Positions 49,802 to 60,999 of a stretch of DNA of 64,000 nucleotides are shown piece after piece. The DNA lies in the NCBI GenBank assembly GCA_001643675.2, contig LSRY02000072.1:69336-133335 (forward strand), written 5' to 3'. Below the pieces are notes generated by a model, which saw only the letters and a list, made by a program, of their open reading frames with translations, made no database searches and had not been told where the DNA came from. The stretch comes from Monocercomonoides exilis PA203. Taxonomy: Eukaryota > Protista > Preaxostyla. Positions within the stretch are counted from its first letter, which is position 1; every line of letters begins with the position of its first letter. The translations under genes and the position numbers were made by a program.

Positions 49802-52800
49802 TCACAGCGACCTCATGCAGTCTGCAATCTCCATGTGCCTCAGATAAGACAACGGACCGGCAGTTGCCAGGTAGCCCAGCAGCATCGCAATAAACACCAG
49901 CGCAATCAGAGTGGCATACGGAAAATAGAAAGCAGGCAGCCCAGTCGACAGCAGCTGCACCACCTCCGAAGACATCATGTACGACACCGCCATCCCGCAG
50001 ACCACCCCCATCACAGCTGCTCCCATCACCAGCACAAACGCCTCTTCCACAAACACCCGCCGCACCTCAAACTGCCCCATGCCCATCGCTCGCATCATCC
50101 CGTACTCCTTCTTCGACGACAGCACGTTCCACGACATCGCTGCCACCAGCGAGCACTCCCCAACGAAGCTCAAAAGAAGCGCCGCCACAACAAACACCAC
50201 ACGCATCACCACCTCAAACGTCGCATACGTCTGGTCGAACTCTCGCTTTGTCCAAACATAAGAGATCGTGTAGTTGCTCTCCCCAGCACCAGCAACCATC
50301 AGCGAAGCCAATGGATCGGAATGGGGGTTCATCAGTGGCTCCCTGCCATGTTGCCAAGGAATAAAATCGATTCTTCTTGCTTCATCAACGGAAGATCTGC
50401 CGCCACTTTCCATCTCTCTGTTCGGCTGCAACCCCTCCAGTTCAGAGTTCTTCCAACCATTTCCCTCTGGCTTGCGATTGCTCTGGAAAGATGGGGACTC
50501 TGAAGAATGCTCACTGGAGCCATCATATTTTGAAGAGGATGAAGAAGCCTAGGCACAGCCATCGGAGTCGTTGACTTTTGCGTATCTGACTGACCTCTCC
50601 AAGTCCTCAGTCCTCGAGGCATGTGCCCCTTTCTTGTACTTCACTTTTACGTCTGAGATGCACAAGTCGTCAAATGCCGATGATGAGAAAACACCGCCAA
50701 TGTCTGACACGGTCTCACACAGCAGCGGAACAGAAACGGGGAGCTGGGCAACCCCATAGCCGTCTTTGACCTCAGATACAACAAACGGAATGGCTCTGAC
50801 AAACGCCCCAATCGTGATGTTTTTGAATATCGCTGACAGCGGAGCAAGATTTGTGTGCCCTGCTGTGCTTTCAGCATCTCTCTTGTTCTTCGACAGATCG
50901 CTCTCGCTGAACAGCGTGTTCGAGTAAAACGGCAAGTACACTGAGGCATCCGCGCTGAGATTCTTCGCCAGCACATATCTGTCCCCCAACTTCGCTTGCA
51001 TCGCCTTCCCAAACGCCTTCGACACAACACCAATCGGCGCTTCAAAGTAGTTTGCATACATCTGCCGCACAATATCGTCCCCGCCCATCCTCTTTCGATC
51101 ATTCAGCGACCCATCCACATGCCACGTGCCTTCGTCGGTCGCCGCCCTGAAGTTCGGCGAGAGCGCAATCAGCTCATATTCCTCCTGGTGCGTTCTCCCG
51201 CGGTTCGTCAGCAGCACCGAAGCCCCGCCGCCCCGCTGCTGCCCAGCAAGCAAGCAGCTCGCAAACGCATACGACTCAACCACATCGCTGTACTCATCCA
51301 GCACTTTCTGGATGCTCTCCAAGTTCTCCATTCGGAACCCACGCGACGTCACATTGCGGTGGAACAGCGGCGGTGGGAAAAACACTGAGCCATTCCAGTT
51401 CTCGTACTTCTCAAAGGGGAACGTGGACGCATACGCCAGAGGCCGCACATCCAAGTCGCACCCATACTGCTGATACCCCGACGCCTTGATCGCACTCAAA
51501 ACTGTGTTCGCAATCACATCCATGAAAAACACAAAGCACAGGATCAGCGCAAACATCACTGTCGTCCCCCGGTTCCTCAGCCTGTGCAGACTCAGGTTCT
51601 TCAGCGCCATCTTCTTCACTGCCGACTTCTCCCAGAAGAGAAACACCGTGCACACAACCGCCTCAAACACATACTCGAAGTTCACACACAGCAGCACCAG
51701 CGCAACCATGATGCATATCATCAGCCCAATCAGCACAACCACCAGCATCGCCACGTTCCCAGACTCCAGCGAAAGAGGGAAGAACACATACACACACCCG
51801 CCAATCACCACCAGAATCGCGCCATCCACAAGCAGAGCATACGACGGATGCACCGAGTCACTCCGCTCGATGGTGACAAGAACAGCTGACGCGTTTGTGT
51901 GCTGCACATCAATCGAGTCATGCAGATTCGCCGACAGCGCTGTGCGGATCGGGAAGAACGAGGCCACAAGAGTCGCTCCCAGCACAACCAAGATCGTCAC
52001 AACCACCGACCACGCTGGAAGCGCCACCCCCAATTCAATGCCTCGGTTCTTCGTGATGGCACCCACCAGAACTGCATTTATCCCCTGCGCTCCAGCAACC
52101 CCAACAACAATCCCCGGCACCGCATACATCAGCCCTTGCATCACAACAAGCATCACCACCCCACACCGCCCCATCCCGTGCACCCGCATCAGCCCCAGCT
52201 CATATGCTCTCCCGTCGACAGACCGCTGGATCTGCGAGTAGATAATCAGCACTGTGACCCCCAGCAGCACAACCACCAGCACCCCCATCAGCAGCAGCAG
52301 CAGGCTTTCGAACATCGCGTCGCTCTCGGGCGCCATCGGCAGCGAGGCATCGAGCTCCACCGATCCCAATGCAAAAAGCACCCCCGTTGACCACAAATTC
52401 AGCTTTCTTAACGAAGCAAAGCAGAAGGAAATTCATTCAATTAATGTGAATACACATATAAATATAGTAAATGTATTTATGTCATCATTCATTTGTTTTC
52501 GCAAATGAAAAGAAGCACCAATTGAGAAATGAATATGCATTTCGTCCCCCCAGAAAAATGAGAATTAATTCATTATTGCGACAGCTGCACACAAATCCAA
52601 GCAAACCGTTGAACCATCGAACTGTCTGCATGCAAATAAGTCTTGTTTCTCGGCAGCTGGCACGTGCATGCCATTTGAGAAGCATAGTCACTCAGATTTG
52701 CCTCCAGAAAATGTTCTTTTGCAACAACATCCAAGACAGAAAGCGGAAAGTTGTCAACAATCTGAGGCATTGCACACAGAATAAAAAAAAGCATGAATGG

Positions 52801-54060
52801 CCAAAAAAACAGTATCGTTGTCATCATCAGCAGCAGCAGCAGCAGCAATAACAACAACAAAAGAAAGAAAGAAAGAAAGAAATATTTGTCATAAAACAAT
52901 ATGCCAAAAATCATTAAAATCGCAAATATGATCAATGCCAAAATATCACACATGCTCCCAAACGGAATCGAATTCTGCAACAATTTTCGCTGAAGCACTT
53001 GTCTGGTCAATGCTGTCATGAACCTTCAAAGCAACAATAATATGAATCAAATGAACGAAGCAAGCGAAACAAATCATAAACATGTTCATAAATGGAAAGG
53101 CATTTTTGTTTCAAAATGCAACATAAATAAACGTGTTGCCACAAAATAGATTTCTTGAAATAGTCTCTGATATTTCATTTCAAACCTCAGCCAGTTCAAA
53201 TGGAACGGTCAATTTCCCCAGCAACTTCGCAATGTCTTTCAGATTGCCTGGAGAATATTTCTTTACCACATCAAATGCTATTGGAGAAATCCTCGAGATG
53301 TTCATGTTGACTTTTATGGTGTCTCCAGGCTTCATTAAAAGAGAGTTATAAATAGGCCCGTCAAAAACAACTTTCCCTTTTGGAATTGCATCAAGATTCC
53401 ATCTCCAGCCAATGTCATATTGCTTCTGAGCCACGGAAATCCATAGTAAGTGAGCATAATAACAACCACATTTAAATGCCGTGCATGAATCATGAGAGGA
53501 ATAAGAAGAAGAAAAAAAGAAAGAAATTCATTTTATTTTTTATTGAGAGTGGAAAAAAGTCGAAACCTCAAATCTGCTGTTGATTGCCATAAAATTACAA
53601 GTGTCTCCAACTCCGTTGTGGCTTATTTGCAAGAAATCTTTTATGCGAGGCGAACACATGGAAAACTTTTCAATTTTAATATTTCTGCTTTTTGATGCAA
53701 ATTATCAATAACGCCAAACTTCTTTTCCAAGAGGATCGAGTATTTCTTTTGCATGTGTGAAATTCAATCCCATGGCGTCCGTTTGAGGTTTTGGTGCAAT
53801 AAGCATGTCAGGAGTAGTATAAGATGGAATGTTTATTGAATAATTTAATTCAGGGAGCTTTGTAGCCAAGCCCAACACAATCGGTATAATTAAGCTCACA
53901 AGAAAGCATCTTTCAAACGCAAACGCGATATCAAAAAACAAGCATTAAATCACAACAAACCCTAAAATGCCCCAACAAAAACTACATTTGTTGCGTTTCA
54001 TCTCCCTCCAACTTTGGAGCAGATAAAAGCGAAAATACGCATATGCTTCTTTTCCTTTGC
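49802..54060 (-). CDS. FtsX/MacB-like ABC transporter permease (two FtsX-type TM modules), multi-exon 5' part, one in-frame TAG
   Basis: RAYELGLMRVHGM and KKEYGMMRAMGM...VFVEEAFVL are FtsX permease motifs; also LKNLSLHRLRN. ORFs 50549-52396 and 49802-50431 share a frame, separated by a TAG at 50549-50551. The 5' end is uncertain and may extend to about 54500. Confidence 0.8.
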
Positions 54061-54541
54061 TTTTGTTTGTTTGGATAGATTTGTCCATTGTCTTTATAAA
54101 TAATTATTTCCACAGAAAAGAGAAAACCTTTCATGCTAATTATGCAAAGATCATTATTCGCACGCAAACGTTTATTTTTTCATTATGAAATTATCATGTT
54201 GGATATTTGACGAAAAGGATGGATCATTTGGAAAAATGAATTCATAACGAATAAGTTGCATTTGCTCAGGAAAAGTGGAATTTGGAACAAATCAAGCCCA
54301 AGATTTCCGTGAAAGCTTTGTTCACCAAAAACAAAACATTATTGCTCGGAATAAATCACTTTCTTGGAGAGTTATTTTCTTTCTTTCTTTCTTTCTTCAA
54401 AAATTTAGCATTTCCAATTAATGAAACAGTTTCGATAAATCGAATTTATAAAAAGTTTTTGCTGGTTGAAATGTGCAATTTTCCAGAAAAAGTCGCATAA
54501 TACTTCTTATTCATTCGTATTTAAAACATGATTTTATTATA

Positions 54542-54796
54542 TGGGTTATTCTTTTTGAAAAGTCACAAATGTTTAATATCTGGGTGAAATAAAAAAGGAA
54601 CTTATTTGATCGTTTTAGAAAATAAATCCAATGAATTTCTCCATTATGCACTTATTCCAGCATCAAATAGGTCTGCGTATTTTAATTTGCATAATGATTA
54701 CGTTTGATGGATTTGTTTACAAAAATGGTCAAATGAGTTCATTTTTTGTTTAACCCAGATATTAAACATTTGTGACTTTTCAAAAAGAATAACCCA
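54542..54796. mobile_element. MITE, family D (TGGGTTATTCTTTTTGAAAAGTCACAAATGTTTAATATCTGGGT TIR, TA-flanked)
   Basis: Near-perfect inverted termini of more than 40 bp, with TA on both sides. Confidence 0.85.
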
Positions 54797-54798
54797 TA

Positions 54799-55066
54799 TG
54801 GTGTAAAATTATACACTTCAGGTATTTTCATTGAAAAACTATGAACTGTGGATGAACTTTTTGTGATCAAAAAACACAATAAAAATGTGTACATTTTTTG
54901 ACATACGCGAAATGTCTCTTTTCTTTATGTTATGATTTCAATGATGCCTGTTAACAGATATGAAAATCCAATTTATAATGAAATCTGATAATATTTTATA
55001 AAGTTATGAGCTAAACAAATATTTCATGCTTCGTGCAAAAAAAGCTTGAAAGTTCATATCTTCCCC
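54799..55066. mobile_element. MITE, family B (degenerate; inverted relative to 13463-13732)
   Basis: Right end aaagcttgaaagttcatatcttcccca is close to the reverse complement of the left end at 13463. Left end tggtgtaaaattatacacttcagg is a decayed TIR. Confidence 0.65.
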
Positions 55067-55072
55067 AAAATA

Positions 55073-55334
55073 TGGGTGATTATTTTTGAAATCATATTTT
55101 TTCTAACAAAAATTTCGGTGCAAATATATTTGATGAATAACAATTAAAAAACATAGAAGAGTGAAAAGACTTATTCAAAACATTTTTAATCTTTCATTTA
55201 ACTGAAACAATTGTATTTTAAAAAACAATTATCATGTTATTTTTATTTTGAAACAAAAATTTCTTTCGAAAAACTTTCAATCTTTGAAAAATCAACACCC
55301 CGAAAAAAGATATGATTTCAAAAATAATCACCCA
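55073..55334. mobile_element. MITE, family A (TGGGTGATTATTTTTGAAATCATAT TIR, TA-flanked)
   Basis: Perfect 25-bp TIRs with TA on both sides. Confidence 0.88.
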
Positions 55335-55563
55335 TATATATTTATTTGATGAATATTTGAGTTTTGAAAAATTATTAGGTATCAAAACAACAGAAAGAAA
55401 ATGAGTTTCTTAAGTTTAGAAATAATAGAAAAAATTAGAAAGGAAAGATAAAAAGCAATACTGACAAGTTGAACTCGCAACAGTACAAGCTTGTGGAAAC
55501 ATGAGCAAATAATTAATCAAAAAAAGAAACTTTAAAAAAAAAGAAAAGAAAGAAAAAAACATA

Positions 55564-55920
55564 CAGATTGTGTAAAAAATACCGGACAAGATCGATTTCT
55601 CAATAACCACTTAAAGAGAAAATCTGATAATTTTCCTCAAAATACATCTCATTGATACAAACTCACGTGACAAACAAGACTTTCGAAACAGCTTCATTTG
55701 TGCTCAGAAAAAATTATTGCAAAAACATCGGAAAAATAGGAATTTATGTTTCTCCGAAACTTCAATAATGATTTTTTCTGAGCACTAGCGAAGCTGTCCT
55801 CAAAGTCTTGTTTGTCACGTGAGTTTGTATCAATGAGATGTATTTTGAAGAAAATTATCAGATTTTCTCTTTAAGTGGTTATTGAGAAATCGGTCTTGTC
55901 CGGTATTTTTGCACAATCTG
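55564..55920. mobile_element. Foldback-type MITE, family C (about 150-bp inverted arms, TA-flanked)
   Basis: TA|cagattgtgtaaaaaataccggacaaga ... tcttgtccggtatttttgcacaatctg|TA; homologous to 14260-14637. Confidence 0.9.
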
Positions 55921-56655
55921 TATCTTTATTTTCGAAATTCAATTTTGAAAAACATTAAACATTCAGTCTTGTAATAATGAACATTTGTTAAAAAAATTAT
56001 ATTTGAAATGAAATAAAAATTTTGCATTCATGAGAAAATCTTCGTTTTATTCCAGACTATTTATGTTGTCGTATCATAATTAGAATTTGATTTAAGTGCA
56101 AAAATGATACGAAAAATAATAAAATTTTAGAAAAATATTTGTTAATATTGAATGGAACAAAATGCATAAGGCACAAAATTTCGATCCATATTTATAAGTT
56201 TCTGTTTGAAGCAATGTTGGATTAGAATTTGGGATCATATAAAAAACTGGGTAGTAATAAAAATCTGATCCTGCAACACAATTATGAAAAAATTGCATAT
56301 ACGGTTAAATTTTAGCTTCTTTGAAAAAAGCAATGATTTGTTCCAAACCTTTTATTTTTATTAATTTATTTATTTTGCTTTCATTTCATTGTAAGTCTTT
56401 CATTATTATGAAAAAATTAAAATAAAAATAAAAATATTGAAATTTTTGAATAACGAAAAAGATTCAAAAATGTTGAATCGAACAAAATTTTGAAAGCAAA
56501 AAATTTCAGCCTATTTAATGATTTTTCATAGCGTTGAACTTGCAGGTTATTTCCAAAACTTTTAATAAAAAAAATCAACAGGAAAATAAGCAACCTTACG
56601 ATCTCAAAATTAATTAAAAATTTCTAAGATCTGAAAATTAAATAAGCAAAAATGT

Positions 56656-57039
56656 CTGATCCTTTTTGAAATCATACTTTCGTTCGAGTTTTGATCAAAA
56701 TTTTAATCTCAATGGGGTTTTTGTTAAAATTTTGTTTCTGTAATAACAACATCATGAACAACGTGTATTAACAGTTTTAGTTCAATTTTTCAAAATTCCT
56801 TTAAGAAATTTTTTTGATCAAAACTCGAACGAAAGTATGATTTGGGGAAATATTTTTTTATTTATGAAAAAAACAACGATTTGTTCCAAACTTTTTCTCC
56901 AACCTTATCATTGTTAGTCTTTCATTTCTATGCCAAAAAAATATGGAATAATTCAAAATTTAAGAAAAAATATTTGTTAGAGTAGAATGGAACAAAAATA
57001 AGAAAGCAAAAAATTTCGTCCCATTTCAAAAAGGATCAG
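56656..57039. mobile_element. TIR element (CTGATCCTTTTTGAAAT...ATTTCAAAAAGGATCAG) with an internal palindrome
   Basis: Perfect 17-bp TIRs. The internal inverted repeat aaatcatactttcgttcgagttttgatcaaaa spans about 56668-56843, and the right half resembles 56335-56515. Confidence 0.7.
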
Positions 57040-57362
57040 CCAAATAAAAAAGATTTTTCCCCAAATAAATACAAAAAATAAAAACAAATATTTCTTGATG
57101 TCTTTTTACGATCGCAAACTGGTGTAAAGCCATAGACAGACTTGAAAAACATGGCTATGCTTAAAAAAAAAGTCGTGCTTATTCCATACCTACACATCGT
57201 TTATTCTAATCACTTAAATTAAATTTAATCAACTTGATTATTTGAATAAAAAAAGTTTTATTCACAATTCATCGAACAAACGCAACAAAAAATCAAAACA
57301 CATAAAAATAGGAAAAGAAAAAGAAAAGAAAATCAGCAAAACAGAAAAATATAATAATCCTA

Positions 57363-58673
57363 TCACAATGCTAAAGGAAGATTTAGCAGTGTTATTGTTT
57401 CTATTTTCCAACCGCTTTCTTCACGTCGCAGCACAACACTCCCAAATTTTCCGTAAGTCAGTGCCCCTGGGTTAAAAATCGGAGGCAATGGCCCAACAAG
57501 TTCTTCCTCCTCTTCTTCTTCGCCTTTTTCTTCTTTGATGCTTTTATCTGCTCCATCCATTATTTCCTCCCTCTTCTCTTTGAACGCTCCTTTTTCGCAT
57601 CCCTTATTCTCCTTGTAGCTACCCTCAAGCTCTTCATAAGCCGTAGCAATACCTTTCATTTTATCATCCTCGCTTTCACTTCCTCTGCGTTCTGATTCTT
57701 GCTCTCTTTCCTTCCACCCTTCTTTCCTCGAAATACGCTCCAATGCCTTGTGAACAATTTGCGACTTCATAAATCCTGTTCCAAAGTGTGAGTGCCCATG
57801 CACAAGCAGCGCTGTGCGCGAATAAAGCGCAGAATGTTTTTTGCACAGTAAAAACTGCGAAAGGCTCAAGGACCCTGTGGTCGTTCGCTTTGTCTTATGT
57901 TTGATTCCAAACGATGTAGCTGAGTGCAGTGGCCCCACGTGCGTCACAAACACAACAGAATCTTTCACATTCAGCTCGTTCGAAGATGAATGCTGCACTT
58001 TCACAGAAGATTCGGCGGAGGAATCAGGTGAAGGGGCGGATGAAGATGAAGCAGATTCTTGATTGGGCTCGTTTTGCCTATTTATCAAGGAAACAAGATC
58101 AGCAAATGACTCGGCCAGAAATGCACCCATTTGCCTGTCCGAAGTGAACGGTACGCCACTGATAACTGGATCGCCTTCCATGTACCCTGGCGGACAACCT
58201 CCAGCGCCTGCCAGAATCAGCCCTTCGCACAGCTTAACGGCTTTCCCATGAAGATAAATCACTCGCTCTGGAAGCAGCTCCGAATGCTCCGAATAATACC
58301 GAGGGGCTTCGTGATTTCCGGGTACAAAAACAACACATTGCGCATATTCAGTGAGCTCTGCCAGCTTTGCCTTTGTGCGATCTTCCACTTCTCGTGGATC
58401 TTCCTTGTTTTTCAACGGGTGAGCAAAATCATAATTCGCAAAGTCTCCTGTGCAGGCAATCACATCATATCTGTGGACAACAAAAATTCACCCAGTAAAA
58501 ATAGAAAATGAACAATTAAAAAAGATCTTTTTAGGATACCGTGCATTATGATCTTTCAGCCATGTGCATAGTTCTACGAACCGAGTACTATTTTCATGAA
58601 CGTCTCCCACCACAAGCATAGACATTTTATCCTTCAAATACGGGGTAATCAGAGGATCAATAAGATTGCTCAT
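57363..58673 (-). CDS. Calcineurin-like metallophosphoesterase (Icc-related)
   Basis: All five motifs are present: GDVH, TGDF, PGNHE, THVGP, HGHSH; also NPGAL. One intron at 58471-58539. Confidence 0.88.
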
Positions 58674-59249
58674 TCTATTTAATTAATTATGGGCGCTAAT
58701 TTTTTCTTTCTTTTTATCGTTTCTTCTTCTTTCTTTCGTTTATTTTGCTTTGATTTTCCTCAAAAATGCGTATGACATTAAATATCGAAAAAATGGAAAA
58801 AATTCGAGCTTCAGATTTTCGTTCTTCAATCAGAGATTTATATTAACCAATAAATAATTAACTGAATATTTCATAAGCACACCCTTAAGGGAATAGAACA
58901 TGAGAGGACTTTGAAAAGTTATTTTTGTGAAAAATGTTTTTATTACACAAAAACCAGCTTGCCAAAATCATTTTGATGTGTCTTTTGTATTTATTATGAT
59001 TAGGCAAAACAAAAACGATTATATAAAGGAAACAAAATTTTCACAAAAATACATAACTTTCAAGTTTCGATGAATGCCATTGCTCTATTGATTTGTGCGC
59101 ATGCAAATTGTGAATTTCTTCAGTGATTTGCAAAATGTTTCATTTATTCAAAATTCGGTTTTCTCTGTGGAAATTTCACAAGAAACCAAAGAAATACGCT
59201 TGAAAGAAAGAAATGCACATCCAACAATTTTGAGTTATTTCTTTAATTT

Positions 59250-60900
59250 TTGATTTCTGCAAACCGAAAGGACAGTGACAGATATCTTTTTGAAGCCATT
59301 CTTGGCTTGTTGCTCAAGAAAATACACAGTTCATATCAATTTTCGTTCCTGTTTGCGGTGATACGAAAATTTGCACTTGGTGACATTCAGTGAGAAAAGG
59401 TATTATTGGATGTGAAATCAAATTTTCAAGTCGTTTTGCATTATTTGGCAATTTGAGATGACTTCTTGTCAAAATGTCCGACCTGGGTGCGCAATGACCA
59501 CATGCAAAGCTGAGAGGCTTCAATAGCATTGACTCTTATCAACCTGGATACACGAACACATTCCTATAAAATCATTATTCCGAAATCTGGCTGTTTGCCT
59601 CAACTTGCATGAATGACTCCTTTGCATGGCAGATACTGTCCATAGGGCCATAGAGACCAAGAAAAGCAACTTGAAATAAACAAGCTGTTTGAGATAGAGA
59701 TTGAAATTTGAGAGGACATTCTTTGGGCTTTGTTGATTGGCTCAAGACAAAATCCCTTTTCGGTTCTGAGAGAAAAAAAGAGAGATCAAGGAAGTTGATT
59801 TGTGTTTCTGCACCATTTTTGCATTCTGCCAGAGATCGCAAAACAGTATTTTGTGGAAACAAATACGTGGGCTCTCTGAACGAAGATAAATGAGAATTAA
59901 TTCAAGGTTTGCCAATTGATTGCATTCAAAATGTGCATTTTATGAGTCTTTTTTCCTTCTTCACAACAGGCCAACAGCCACAGATTTCAATTGCTCAAAA
60001 ATATCGACAATTTATCTCAAGGTTTATTAAAGGCAAAATATTCAATGGAAGCAACAATGTTGGCATGTTTGTTCTTCAACATTGGGAAATAATGTTCATT
60101 CTTCTTTATTTCACTCAATTTTTGGGGGACAAAGGAGTGTTTTTGTAAAAACAATTTCTTTGCTGATTCTTGACTGATGAATTTAAAGTTTGCTTGTTTT
60201 CTGAGTGCTTTTGTTTTTGAGATCCTATTTGTCTTGATTTCAGTTTTTTCAACTCTTTCTTTATCCTTTGAATGTTTTGCAATTCGTCTCATATTTGGTG
60301 AGAATCTTTCTTTGTGATCTTGCGATTTTCGATGGATTGAACAGGCGAATGATTCTCCTGCTTCCAAAAAGGCATCAATCAAGAAAAGTCGAAATTGGAC
60401 TTAAAGTTGCAAAAGAAAAGAATGAAATTGGAAGAACAACTTTTCAGGTATTTTTCAATGGAAAAATGAAAAATCATCCAATTGGTGCAATTCTAAATGA
60501 AGGGAACAGAAAGCGATTACAGAAGAGAGGAAATTGTCAGAGATAAAAGAGATGAAGGCAGTTGAAAATAAGATAAAAATCAAATCAATGGATGCTTTTG
60601 TCTCATACTTGCTGCCCTTTTTCAATGAAAGAAATTCAAATTGCCAGTTTTGCAAGATCCGCGAAATATTGAAATTATATGTTGAAAGGGAGCTTTCATC
60701 AAAAAAAATATCCAGAATTTTCAAATGCGATTCAAGGACTTTAAAGTTATTGCAATGATTCTGATTTGAAACTATTTTGAGAAAGCATTCACAACTTATT
60801 TGGCTTTCAAAGTGAGTCTTCGAAGAGCAACAAAAAGTGAAAAAGACAATGCTTGCTATTATCTATATGAGCAGGATTATTGTAAATCAAAGACCCAATA
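59250..60900 (-). mobile_element. Highly degenerate reverse-transcriptase remnant, possibly Penelope-like
   Basis: Colinear decayed motifs FFDESSLST, LSSVIAFCSLHLE, QLDDFSF, TFLD and SIHRK. Many stops and frameshifts; boundaries are approximate. Confidence 0.35.
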
Positions 60901-60999
60901 CACATCTATTCCATGAAAATCTCAAAATAAAAATGGATTGAAAAGGAATATCTGCTTCCTTTTCAGTCTGGATTTCACGCTGAAAACTTGGCTGGATAT

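Noticed and set aside
49802-52396. Genome-wide TAA/TAG-to-Gln reassignment
   Set aside because: Conserved genes terminate properly at TAA/TAG, and long ORFs lack internal TAR codons apart from this single case.
58471-58539. Possible U12-type introns (donor GTATCCTA here, GTATCCAA in CDC14 intron 1)
   Set aside because: The donors do not match the full GTATCCTT consensus, and no TCCTTAAC branch site is visible.
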